A stretch of 64,000 nucleotides of DNA from Eukaryota sp. TZLM1-RC. Lineage: Eukaryota > Protista > Metamonada: BaSk clade. The notes below the pieces were generated by a model that ran no database searches, had not been told where the DNA came from, and was given only the letters and a program-made list of their open reading frames with translations. Positions 51,781-62,300 of the stretch are shown here, one piece after another; position 1 is the stretch's first letter; each line of letters opens with the position of its first letter. The position numbers and the translations under genes are program-made. The stretch is taken from assembly GCA_040285825.1 (NCBI GenBank), contig JAUPSS010000001.1, forward strand, positions 2,356,001-2,420,000, read 5' to 3'.

Positions 51781-52096
51781 TAGTATCAATCCAATATTTT
51801 TTTATAAAAGTTGACAGTCTGTATTTTTTTTCTCCTAATTTATTGGTTCAGTTTGATGAAACTGGTTAGGTTTGATATACTCTACTTTATTTAGTAATCT
51901 TTTTTTAGTGTAGTTTTGTTGAGAGATGAATTTCGCTTGTTGTTTAACACTTGTTTGGTTCTTATTGTTGACTAATAAAGAACTTCCACAGAACTGTGAT
52001 TTAAAAGCCTAATATCAATTTAGTTTTGATGAATTTATATTCTTTGACCTCATCACAAACTTGTAAATTTGATTGACAAAGTGTTGTTGACAAAAA

Positions 52097-52169
52097 CGAC
52101 CCAGGTAGGACTCGAACCCACAACCTTTTAATTCGTAGTCAAACGCGCTTCCAATTACGCCACAGGGTC
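52097..52169 (-). tRNA. tRNA-Arg(ACG)
   Basis: Cloverleaf GACCCTG..TTTGA CT ACG AA TTAAA..GTGGG TTCGAGT CCTAC CTGGGTC G; followed by a T5 Pol III terminator; one U-U acceptor mismatch. Confidence 0.9.
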
Positions 52170-52972
52170 TATAAATATCTATCATCTGCTGTAAACTATG
52201 CTTGCGATGAGCTATAAGAACAATCAAATACTCATTTTAAAAACTTGGCGACTCATAATAATGGCGAATTTTAGAGTGCCCAGCAAAATTCGCCTTATAC
52301 TGGGATCATTTAGTTAGGGATGCGGTAATCCACCTGTATCACAAACAACAATTCATGAATATGTCAATATTATAACTGTGAATAATATTGATTTAATTAA
52401 TGAATTTCTGTTATTTGATTCTTGATAATTTATAAGTACATGTAATGGAAAGATGCTGCATTTCAAAGACCTATCGTCTTTAAAATTCTTTTATATTTGT
52501 AGAAAGAAGTCCAAACACAGTTATTTTAGATGTAAAACTATTACGTCCGAACTCAAAATGATAAATTGTTTATGTTCGGAACCTTCGTATTTTAGTGTTA
52601 TTGACAGCATAGATATTAATGAAGCTGCTGACATGAAGAAAAAGCATTTGAAGAAATGTGGGACCCAACAAATGTCGTGTAGCCAACAGCTACAGAAGAA
52701 ATTGAAACAGAAACATTCATATCAGATAGAACAAACATGATTAACTTGGAAGAAATCAATCAAAAAGATTTTTGTAGAGAAAATTTCAACCCTTTCCACT
52801 ATAAAGGAAGTGACAGTGTGTAGAGGAAATTCATGTAAAGTGAGGAGATTTATAACTGTGGGGTAGGAGGGAATATTCTCTCCTTTTTTACGTCACGACA
52901 CGTAAGCACTTCAACGAAAACATCCTTTCTCTTTGAATCAACAATTGCTCCTCTCTTCCCTTAATCTTCAAA

Positions 52973-54181
52973 ATGGGTCAAGACTACTACGAACTCTTGG
53001 GTGTATCCCGTGACGCTGGTGAGAAGGAACTTGGTAAGGCTTACCGTAAACTTGCTCTCAAATACCATCCTGACAGAAACCCTGGCGACTCTGTGGCTGC
53101 TGACAAGTTTAAAGAAATCTCGAACGCCTATGAAGTCCTTAGCAACCCAGAAAAAAGGAGAATCTACGACCAATTTGGTGAGGAAGGTCTCCAAGGTGGT
53201 GGAATGCCCAGTGGTGGTTCTCCCTTTGACATTTTTGAATCCATGTTTGGAGGTATGGGCGGTATGGGCGGCCGTGGTCGTCAACGCACAAGAGCCGAGG
53301 ACATTCAGCATGATATGTCTGTGTCACTGGAGGATCTATATAACGGAAAAACCAAACGTATCCGTGTAACCCGTGCCCGTAAATGTCATACCTGCTCAGG
53401 TAGTGGTAGTCGTGCAGGTGACGGTGGCGTCAAGGTGTGTCGCAACTGTGATGGAAAAGGACAGGTTGTACATGCCGTCCAACGTGGTTTCATGATTCAA
53501 CAGTCTGTTGTTCCCTGTAATGCTTGTAAAGGCACGGGAGAAACTGTCCGTGATCCCTGTAAGGATTGCTCCGGTAATGGAACCACTAAGGACGCAAAGA
53601 CCCTTGAAGTCTACATTGGTAAGGGAATGAAGACTGGCTCCAAGGTTATGTTTAGAGGCGAAGGTAACGAAGCTCGTGGACTTTCCCCTGGTGATGTTGT
53701 GGTTGTTATCAGGGAAAAAGAACACGCTCTATTCACCAGAGAAGGTCCAAATCTTATTATTAACAAGAAGATCTCTCTTGTCGATGCTCTCTGTGGTGTT
53801 TCTTTTGTTATTAAACATTTAGATGGAAGAAAAGTTCACATTAAGACTAGAGCCAATGAGGTCATCTCTCCTGGTACAGTCAAGTGTGTACTGGGAGAGG
53901 GAATGCCTTTTGAACAACAACCTTATATGAAGGGTAATCTCTACGTTAAGTTTGATGTCGAATTCCCAAAAACTCAAAGTTTGAGAGAATCTGATATTAG
54001 GGTAATTGAAAGAATACTACCCGGCAGGACTCTTCCCAGCAATAGCGAACTTGACCAGGCTGAAGAACACATTCTTGAAGAGTTTAGTCAGAGCTCGGTA
54101 CCTCGAGAAACAGCAGGATCTTCTGCTTATGATTCTGATGAAGAACATGGTGGTCATAGAGTAGGTTGTCAACAAGCTTAG
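52973..54181 (+). CDS. DNAJA: Type I DnaJ/Hsp40 (Ydj1/DNAJA-like)
   Basis: J domain with HPD, G/F region, four CxxCxGxG repeats, C-terminal CaaX (CQQA). Confidence 0.97.
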   Translation: MGQDYYELLGVSRDAGEKELGKAYRKLALKYHPDRNPGDSVAADKFKEISNAYEVLSNPEKRRIYDQFGEEGLQGGGMPSGGSPFDIFESMFGGMGGMGGRGRQRTRAEDIQHDMSVSLEDLYNGKTKRIRVTRARKCHTCSGSGSRAGDGGVKVCRNCDGKGQVVHAVQRGFMIQQSVVPCNACKGTGETVRDPCKDCSGNGTTKDAKTLEVYIGKGMKTGSKVMFRGEGNEARGLSPGDVVVVIREKEHALFTREGPNLIINKKISLVDALCGVSFVIKHLDGRKVHIKTRANEVISPGTVKCVLGEGMPFEQQPYMKGNLYVKFDVEFPKTQSLRESDIRVIERILPGRTLPSNSELDQAEEHILEEFSQSSVPRETAGSSAYDSDEEHGGHRVGCQQA

Positions 54182-54386
54182 GTTTTTTTTGAATTAAATG
54201 AATAAAGAAGGAATTTTATTTGTAAATTACTAATATTATATTGTACATAGAATAAAATACAGATAGATTACAAGCCAAAAATTAAAATTAATTTTTGAAT
54301 GACAAAAATCTAAAATAAGTGAAAAAATGGTCAAGCCAAACAACAAGAATTCAAATCAATAAAGTATTGAAAAATAAAAACAATTC

Positions 54387-55550
54387 TCAAAGAACACCAA
54401 TTAATGAAAGAAGACTATTCAAACAAGTAAAAAACACTGAACATTCATTAGAATTAACAAATGACAGCGTGGTTGAGACATATCCCTGGTCTCTTTTGAA
54501 AACAATCCCAATAATCAGGTCTGAAACTCTCTTGACTTTAGTTATTGAAAGTAACGTGATACGTTCACAAAGTCTATTTAATTCTTGAGTATTCAACCGA
54601 CCTGGATCAGAAGGTACAATATCTAAAACTAACTGGGTGACGTCAACATTTTCATCATCAGAGTCTGGAAAGCCATTGACTGAGACCACGCTATCGGAAA
54701 GTTTCCGTTTTCCTTTGGCAATGGACACATCCACTGAGAATTGATTAGATAAAATGTCTGCCACATCAGAATCTAATTCTTGGGAGGGTTCTGGTGAATT
54801 TTGAGATGGTGACGTCATATTTTGAGATGGTGACGTATCATTGACTGGAGAAGGGCTCAATTTTTGTGAAAAGGGTTCTTTTTGATCAGGCAATTTATTT
54901 TCTGAAAATTTGGCAAAAAACACAAAAATTTGAACCATCGCAAACCCATCTTCATAACAATTTATCCATTCTTTAGGGGTAAAATACACAGGAATTTGGT
55001 GCTTTACCATTAATCTTAGAGCATATGATGCACATTCCATATTGAAAGCAGGCTCACTGCATTGCCTAATGTAAGACTTGTCGACCTCTTCATCAGTACA
55101 ATAGTCGAAGCAAGCGATGAACACATTGAATGGAAAGAGAAGAAGCTCTTCCTGATTAATAGAGAGGTTGTACATAGAAGCAAGAGTGAGGAAGAAGGAG
55201 GAGGCATGGTGAAAGCGATGTTTGACTTCTTTGAGGATGAAAACATCAAAGACCTCAGAAACGAGTGAGTTACAGCGACCGGAACCATTGTAAATTTCAT
55301 CTGCAGAGGGTATCTTAGATGGTAATATACGCTTATGTAAGACTTCAAGAGCTTTTTCAATATTGGAAATACATGGAGCACGTGTAAGAGGACGGTCGTA
55401 TATTCCAGTGAACGTATAGCCTAATCTTTCTAACATTTTGACCAAGAGAAGACCATTTGTTATTGCGTTTGGGATAGAATCTATTGGTGGACCCAAGAGA
55501 AGTGAATCGATCCATCGATGAAGCAGAGTAAGTCTAAATGAGCGCTTCAT
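54387..55550 (-). CDS. Hypothetical protein with an N-terminal calponin-homology-like domain and a possible C-terminal PH-like fold
   Basis: LLHRWI..AITNGLLLVKMLE..ISNIEKALEVL resembles a CH domain; 387-aa intact ORF. Confidence 0.65.
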   Translation of the reverse strand: MKRSFRLTLLHRWIDSLLLGPPIDSIPNAITNGLLLVKMLERLGYTFTGIYDRPLTRAPCISNIEKALEVLHKRILPSKIPSADEIYNGSGRCNSLVSEVFDVFILKEVKHRFHHASSFFLTLASMYNLSINQEELLLFPFNVFIACFDYCTDEEVDKSYIRQCSEPAFNMECASYALRLMVKHQIPVYFTPKEWINCYEDGFAMVQIFVFFAKFSENKLPDQKEPFSQKLSPSPVNDTSPSQNMTSPSQNSPEPSQELDSDVADILSNQFSVDVSIAKGKRKLSDSVVSVNGFPDSDDENVDVTQLVLDIVPSDPGRLNTQELNRLCERITLLSITKVKRVSDLIIGIVFKRDQGYVSTTLSFVNSNECSVFFTCLNSLLSLIGVL

Positions 55551-55649
55551 TGTAACAGATGATGTCTATATAAGTGTCCTGTAAATTTCAATGGAGAGGG
55601 ACTGAGTTTTTTAGAAGAGGATGATTTTCTCCTTGATACGTTCTTTGCG

Positions 55650-56938
55650 CTCTGTAGGTAGACCGGTCTAACTTCACCTTTTACATGTGCTTCCATCACT
55701 GTCAACGTATTCAGCAAAGCATTTCCATTTCTATTCTACCAAGTTTCACATGAATTACACATGGTAAGCCCGTAACGAATAGACATCTCATGCCTCTTCC
55801 ATGGCCTTGGATTTCTGCACCATAGCAATCTCTCAACTGTTTTTTCCGTTTTCTTACAGTTGAAACAACAGCAACTGGTTCAAAACTCATCAATCAAAAA
55901 GACCTTATAACCAGCCTTTTTAAATAAAATTCTCAAACCTTTTCTTTTGGTAGGTTCTTTGAATTTCATGTGTTTTCGTTGTTCCCAGTCTCCGATTCCG
56001 ATAACTACTTGGCTGGGATCAAAAATTACTGATTTGAATCTCTGGATCATCTTCGCTTCAGATCTTGTGCGATTAATCAGCCCACCATCTTAGTTTCCTA
56101 AATATTTTTTGATGATAGACTATACCATTCACAAAATACTTTTGTTTAATATACTCCATAAATTCATTAAATCTGCAGCTTTTGGAATTGAATTGGGATA
56201 AAGTTGCTTCCCATTCTGCTACAGATTTAGTTTTTTTGATCATTGTTTCTCAAATTGAATGAGTAATCATCTTCGTGGGGAATATTGATTTCTTGAGGTA
56301 CTTTTCCTCTTAATAAACTAATTGTTCTTTCAGTCATTTGATTAATTATACTGCTGTTTAAATCCATCCTTTGTTGTTGCTCATCAGATGGTTCCTAATT
56401 GGGTAGATCAATCACTCTACTAGTAGAGTCACTTATTGTGATAAGAGTGTCATTCCATATGCTGTCTCTTATTCTTTTGAATTTGGAACTTTTCAACTCA
56501 AATCTTCGTTGATTTTGAGTGTACCTGAAAAGAACATATTTATCTCTCTCAGGTTTTTTTGAATGAGTCATTCCAGAAGCTAAATTGGCAGAAAAATAGA
56601 GTAGATCAGATTCCCCTGGATCAGCAGCAGCAAGGGTCATATTTTGATACTGAGAAGGATTAATGCTGGAGTCAACAATTTATTTTTATTTTTCTTTGAA
56701 TTTTTTTGCGGTTACCTTGTCTTGTTTCAAGTCCATTCTAGATTGAATGAATGATACTGCTACTCAATCACTCTCGATGCTAGACATGATGCACTTTGAA
56801 TTTTCTGAATAAAATTTCGTGTTTTTAATCTCGTCCATTTTTCAAATGGTGTCCCATAACACCAAATCAGTAGCTTGATCATTGCAATGATAAGCCGACT
56901 TCTTACCAAGAATAATCCTGTATTCGGCAAAGAACAAT
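55650..56938 (-). pseudogene. Fanzor (TnpB-derived RuvC nuclease) pseudogene, WED to C-terminus
   Basis: Manual translation across stops and shifts: SSIESD*VAVSF, AADPGESDLLY (RuvC-I), FRYTQNQRRFELK, LSQFNSKSC, FRKLRW, INRTRSE, IGIGDW, HMKFKEPT..G, GYKVFLIDEF*TS (RuvC-II), CFNC/CNSC zinc finger, W*NRNGN (RuvC-III), RPVYL. Confidence 0.85.
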
Positions 56939-57351
56939 CAGCTTCTTGAACATCAGCTTCACTAGTGTTTGGTCAAGAATTTGATAGATTTTTCTTTCAA
57001 CCTTTAAACTCCAATTTTCTCATTTTGGAAATCCAGAATCCTAGAACATTGGAATTTCAACATTTGCAATATATTTACTACAAATTCACCAATCAATTCC
57101 ATCAATTCAAGATTATCAGTCAGAATACTGTCTGGAATTTGATGTCAAAATGCAAGTTCTACACCGACTACTAGAATTCCAAATTCCGGAATTTGAGGGA
57201 AAATGGAATGATAGAATTCAAACGTATAGTTTGAGTGTTTATTCAAGCTAGTTCTTAAATTAGCGTTCATCCTAAGAGTCGATAAACAAAACTTTAGAGC
57301 TGGTTAAATGTTTTTACACAATTATGATAAAATATTTACGCCACCCAGATT

Positions 57352-57964
57352 ATATTTATTGAACATGCACATAATAAAATTAACTCATTACTAATGCGAC
57401 GAAAATCATTGAACCAAGCTTTCCTCTACAAAATCTTGATCTGCTTGCTGTCTAGCTAAAGCTCCTCTTATTCGATTGAAAAACCGAGGTAATCTATTAA
57501 TAATGGCAAATTGAATTCGATAACGCCATAAAAAATATCAAATCTTTTCATTGTTTTTTCTTGCACCATTTTTTGGAAGTGATTCAAAAAAGTTTCTGCT
57601 TCAACTCATAATCTTCCGTTTATCGAAAATGGGAAAGCAATAAAAACTAGCTGTGTATTTCTATCAGCATTAGCCTCTTCAATATCTTTATCATATTTTC
57701 TATGTTTTTCTTTTTCATTATAATCAAGAGCACTCACAGGATTAAGTTTTCTTCTGTGAACCAAAGTCAACAACAGCTTCAGAGTTATCAATCCAATCAC
57801 AGTATACATCACCTCTATCATCAGAACCAAAATTATTCAGAAAGTGTTTCCTTCAGCAGAGGCTCTTTGATACACGATATTCTTGCAGTTTGTGCCATCT
57901 TGAAAACAGTGTCTCTAACAGCATCATGTAATGAAGAACGATAAGTTATCAATTTAGAACAATT
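57352..57964 (-). mobile_element. 5'-truncated N1 copy
   Basis: Homologous to the N1 3' end; TSD CACCCAGATT at 57342-57351 and 57965-57974. Confidence 0.88.
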
Positions 57965-58373
57965 CACCCAGATTTGAATAGGAAAAACATTTCATTCATT
58001 GATTCAAAATACAAGATACGAATATGGCTAGTGATGATTTCTGTGAAAGCATATCTGCATTTTCACAAGGATTTAAGATGAAGGAGAAACTTCTTTGAGA
58101 AAGTGGTGATACACTTGATTTTATGATTTTGAAGAACACAATTGTATTTTCGTTATTGAAAGCATTTCCTCGTTATTTAAACTCCAATCAATGTAGTATT
58201 TTGTAGTATAGCAACCTGTGAGGTGTTGTTCAAGTGGATGATACAACTGTTGTGTCATTCGACTGATGGATTTCTAGTAAGTAGACGGTTCAGATAAGGT
58301 TTACTATTGAATTCAAAATTGGGATTTAAATCTAATTATATTGAATATACCTCAGGTTACCATTGCGTAGGTC

Positions 58374-58457
58374 CGAGTCTTAGCTCAGTTGGTAGAGCAT
58401 TCGACTGTAGATGTAGTAGTTATCGAAATGTCCTGGGTTCAATTCCCAGAGGCTCGA
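58374..58457 (+). tRNA. tRNA-Tyr(GTA) with 11-nt intron (58411-58421)
   Basis: CGAGTCT/AGGCTCG acceptor (C1-G72, A73), GCTC-AGTTGGTA-GAGC D arm, TTCGA CT GTA G[intron]A TCGAA, CTGGG TTCAATT CCCAG. Confidence 0.92.
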
Positions 58458-58533
58458 TTTACATGTCAATGATCCATTGACATCATACACTTCTATTTGA
58501 GGTTTATGTGTTTGTGTGAGGTTTGTGTTTTAG

Positions 58534-59212
58534 CGGCCGTTTGTGATTGAATCTATTTACTTTGTGCAAGCAATTGCCAAGGGCCAACAAACTTAAGCCA
58601 CAATAAATAAAACTTCAATTCGTTCTTCAGTGACCTTCCTTCTAGAAGGATGTAGAGATGTTGATGGCGAAACTTCTGCAATGAGAAACAAAGTCTCATC
58701 AATTACTTCGCTTTTCATTAATGACCAGATCCCTCTTTTACTTCCCAGTAATTCCAAAAGGGAAAAGTATTCAAAATTTGATTTTTCGTCAAAATCAAAT
58801 TTGTATTTGAGGGCAATGTTTTATAATAATAATTATTTAGAAGATGAGGAGAGCAAACTCTTTCATGCTCTGTTTTTGAAGAATTCTTGTATTCCCTCGT
58901 ATATCAGAATTGACAAGACAAGTTTAGTGGACTTGTTCTTTGTCCAATTCAAGGACATTCTTGGTCCAAGGTCGTCTTACCAATGCAATAATCAAGCTGC
59001 TGATTTGGTTTTAAGGGACACCATTTTTAAAAATGGACGAGATTAAAAACACTAAATTTGATGCAGAAAGTTCCAAGTACATCATGTCTAGTATCGAGAC
59101 TGATGGAATAGCAGTAAGTTTCATTCAATCTAGAATTGACTTGAAAAAGTACAAAGTAACTGCAAAAGAGTTAAAAGATAAAGAAAAATATATTGATCAC
59201 CCCAGCATCAAT
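58534..59212 (+). pseudogene. Second Fanzor copy, N-terminal/WED portion, interrupted by Gypsy D just before RuvC-I
   Basis: YLRAMFYNNNYLE..KLFH..IPSYIRIDKTSLVDLF..SSIETDGIAVSFIQSRID..YIDHPSIN; its last ~280 bp align with 56660-56938 (minus). Confidence 0.78.
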
Positions 59213-59358
59213 TGTTGGGTTATGTGCACTAGAGATTAGCATAACAAACGAGGACTGATGTTTATCTATGCAACAAGGAAAATCAAGGAAAAAATTACAA
59301 CAATCTAATTGAAGCAGTGACACGTCATCATTACAACTACAATGGCTAAGAGCCAACA
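59213..59358 (-). repeat. 3' LTR of Gypsy D (146 bp)
   Basis: TGTTGG...CCAACA ends, adjacent PPT, motif-level similarity to LTRs B and E; partner LTR lies beyond the window. Confidence 0.8.
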
Positions 59359-62300
59359 CTACCTCTTCTTTCTTTTTTCACGGGGTTTCTTCTTAGGAAC
59401 ATCTTCGTGGAGCAGCATAAATCGTTTGTAGGCAGCAGTATTCTTGATTGAGTCTACAGGATGTACAGTACTGGTTCCGTCTGACCAGACTATTGTAGCG
59501 TCATTGTTTTCAATAGAATCAATGGCATCTATGACATGTTCTCCTTTATCAGCGGCGACGTAAGAATCAAGAATTTCTTTGGGCAAGGAGTAAGTACAAG
59601 GTTTTACTAGGTGGATTGAGGTTTTAAGCAAGTTCTTAGTGATGAAATTCTTCACTAGGATCGAAGAGTTGGTAAGTTGGTTTTTCAACAACATTAGGTC
59701 CTACAAAATGGCCATGAAGCTTGGCTGGTTTGTCTCGAAGAACAAACACACGATCACCAGGTTGAAGCTTACTGGTTAAAGGAGTACTAGGTTCATTAGC
59801 AATGGAATCCAGATCTATTTTATTCCAAGAATCAGTAAGAGTTTGAGTCAAGGAAGTAAGATGAGCAAGGTAATCAGGAAGGTCAGGTTGGTTAGCAGGA
59901 GGTTTGAGGGATTCAAGCAGCTCATGAGGAAGAAGTCGAGGGGAAGTATTAGTTCCAAAGAGTAAGAAATATGAAGAGGTTCCAAGAAATTTCCTAAGGT
60001 GAGAATTTACACTAAGCTGACAGATTGTTATGTAATTTGACCAGTTCCGGTAGTCAGCGAAGTCAAGTAACAGTTTTCTCAGGGCTTGCAGGACAGTACG
60101 ATGTTGTCTTTCGACAAGTCCATTAGATTGATGGAAATGTGGAATAGACAAGGTGTGTTCGATATTCAAGAATTGGCAGAGTAGAGAAAAGAACTAATTT
60201 GAAAATTCAGGTCCATTATCGGAATGGATCGAACGAGGAGCTCCAAAGACGGAGTAGACGTGAATAAGGATAGAGTTTACCACAGTAAGAGCGGTAACAT
60301 CGGCAACTGGAACAAGGATTGAAAATTTGGAAAAGGCGTCTACAAAGTGGATAACATATTTGTTACCATAGGAGTCTACAGTCAGCGGGCCAATAGTATC
60401 ACAATGTAGATACTCAAAAGGGCGTTTAGCGGAGTTAAGAGAACCTGTAGAGGGAATAGAGTTCTTAAGAATTGGAGTAGTTTTCTGACAAGGAATACAT
60501 TCAGCAATATGAGAGATTAGGTCGGCTTTCATGTCAGGCCAGTGGAAGTCGGAATCTTTTAGTTTCTTCCAGGCAATATCTACGGAAGGATGACCAGCTT
60601 CTGCTGAACCATGAGTCAGTAGTAGAATCTCGGGTCGGAGAAATGGAGGAATCAAGATCTTAGGCTGAGAGGAATTTAGCATTTTTAATCCAGTACTTCT
60701 GTGAATGTAAGAGTCAGCAAATAGAGAATCAGAGTCGGACAGCTTCTGTTGTTCCTTAAAGATCTTACTTAGGAACTTTGAACTAGGAGATGGGTTTTGG
60801 TTAGGTAGCAGCGGTTCACAGGGTGCGGACTGTTGGTACTCAGAAGTGGCAGCAACTATACAGAAGGCAGTTTCCATGTCGACGTCAGAAGAGCTGGATA
60901 TTTCAATGATTTTTTCAGCGGTTCTATGGTCACAAGGACGAGGTGAGGAATCTGATTGACTTCTTAGAAAATGTCGCTGGTCAACGATTTCATGGAACCA
61001 TCGTTTCAGCATTTCAAAACGAACAGGCTCAATAACGAAGGAGGGGTGAAGAAATTTTCTTCCTTCGCTGTCGCGGTAGACAAAGCCACTATAACTTCCA
61101 GTTCTAGTGACAGGGAGAATTCTTTCATAGATTAAGAATTCTTGGCGAAATGGACGAGGGCGAAGAGTACCTATAATAAGAGGTTCAATGTCATCAATAT
61201 GACAGCAGTACTGAGTTGGGTGAAAGAATTCTGCTAGTAATGATTCGGAAGATGAAAGGTCAGCTAAAGCGTAGCTGATTCGAATCGAGTGAGACTCTGG
61301 ATCAATTTGATCAGACCAAATAGTTTCGAAGCAAGGAATAGGGAATTCACAAGGAGTCAGTTCGTCATCGGCGAAATGGCGGATATACCATATACAGGGT
61401 TTGAGGAGACACAAAGGTATGAAGGTGGTAATGTCTCGAGAGGGATCAAGCAAGTAAGGTCGATGGCGGATATTATTAGAGAAGACTCGGGTGTTTTCAT
61501 ATCCATTCCAGTTTGAGTGGTCACGATCAATCCTATTCGGATCAAGGGCAGGAGTTCCACAAGTTGAGTACAAGGGGGTAGAATTGTGCAAGGCCCAGTG
61601 TTAGAGTTGTTCTCCTAAGACAGTGATGGGAAGGTCTAGTTTGGGAACGTTGGGGATATCATAAGGATATTCGTCGTTGGTGTCAGTCTTAGTAGCACGG
61701 GTATGGAGATCTAGAAAACTCAAACGATGGGGATGAGGAAGTTTCCAGCAGGCAGAGATATATTTCGAACGGTCAGAGTTAATTAAGAAGTCTTCATATC
61801 GACGAGAGATAAATCGGTTATGGTCGATGTTGAAGGGATGCATATGCGTAGGTAAAGGTAGAAGATGAAAGATATTAAGGTGATAGTATAAGTCGTCCAA
61901 GGAAACTGAGGAGCAGAGGCGATTTAATCTGATTATCAGTGCATTAGCGGGGATGGTATCCGGATGATAGTTCAAGGAAGGAATTTTAGGGTGACGAAAG
62001 TAAAGTTTCATGTTCCAATTACCATGTTGGATCACGTCGTTAAGATTATGAGTAGAAGAGTCAACAAATTCACAGACATGCATTTTGGGTAAGTCAGTGG
62101 AGAGGATAAAGAAAAAGGCCATACAGTTACGATCAATATGGTCTCTGTGGACGGAGTTAGTTATTGGTTCAAAATGAGAAAAGTGTTTTAAGGCGTTAAT
62201 CTCGGCAAATGCGGATTTGGGATGTCTTAAAGCAGAAGGGTGAATTACTTTAGCAGCGTCTTCATATGAGAGGTTATACCATGTTATTGGACCCAATTCT

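Noticed and set aside
52453-52740. 95-aa ORF upstream of DnaJ
   Set aside because: No motif and AT-rich; cannot be supported as a gene
54819-54860. 21-bp tandem duplication in the CH-domain gene
   Set aside because: Simple coding repeat (TSPSQN) in a disordered linker
57000-57240. Degenerate GAATT(CC) repeats
   Set aside because: Irregular, with no TIR or TSD identifiable
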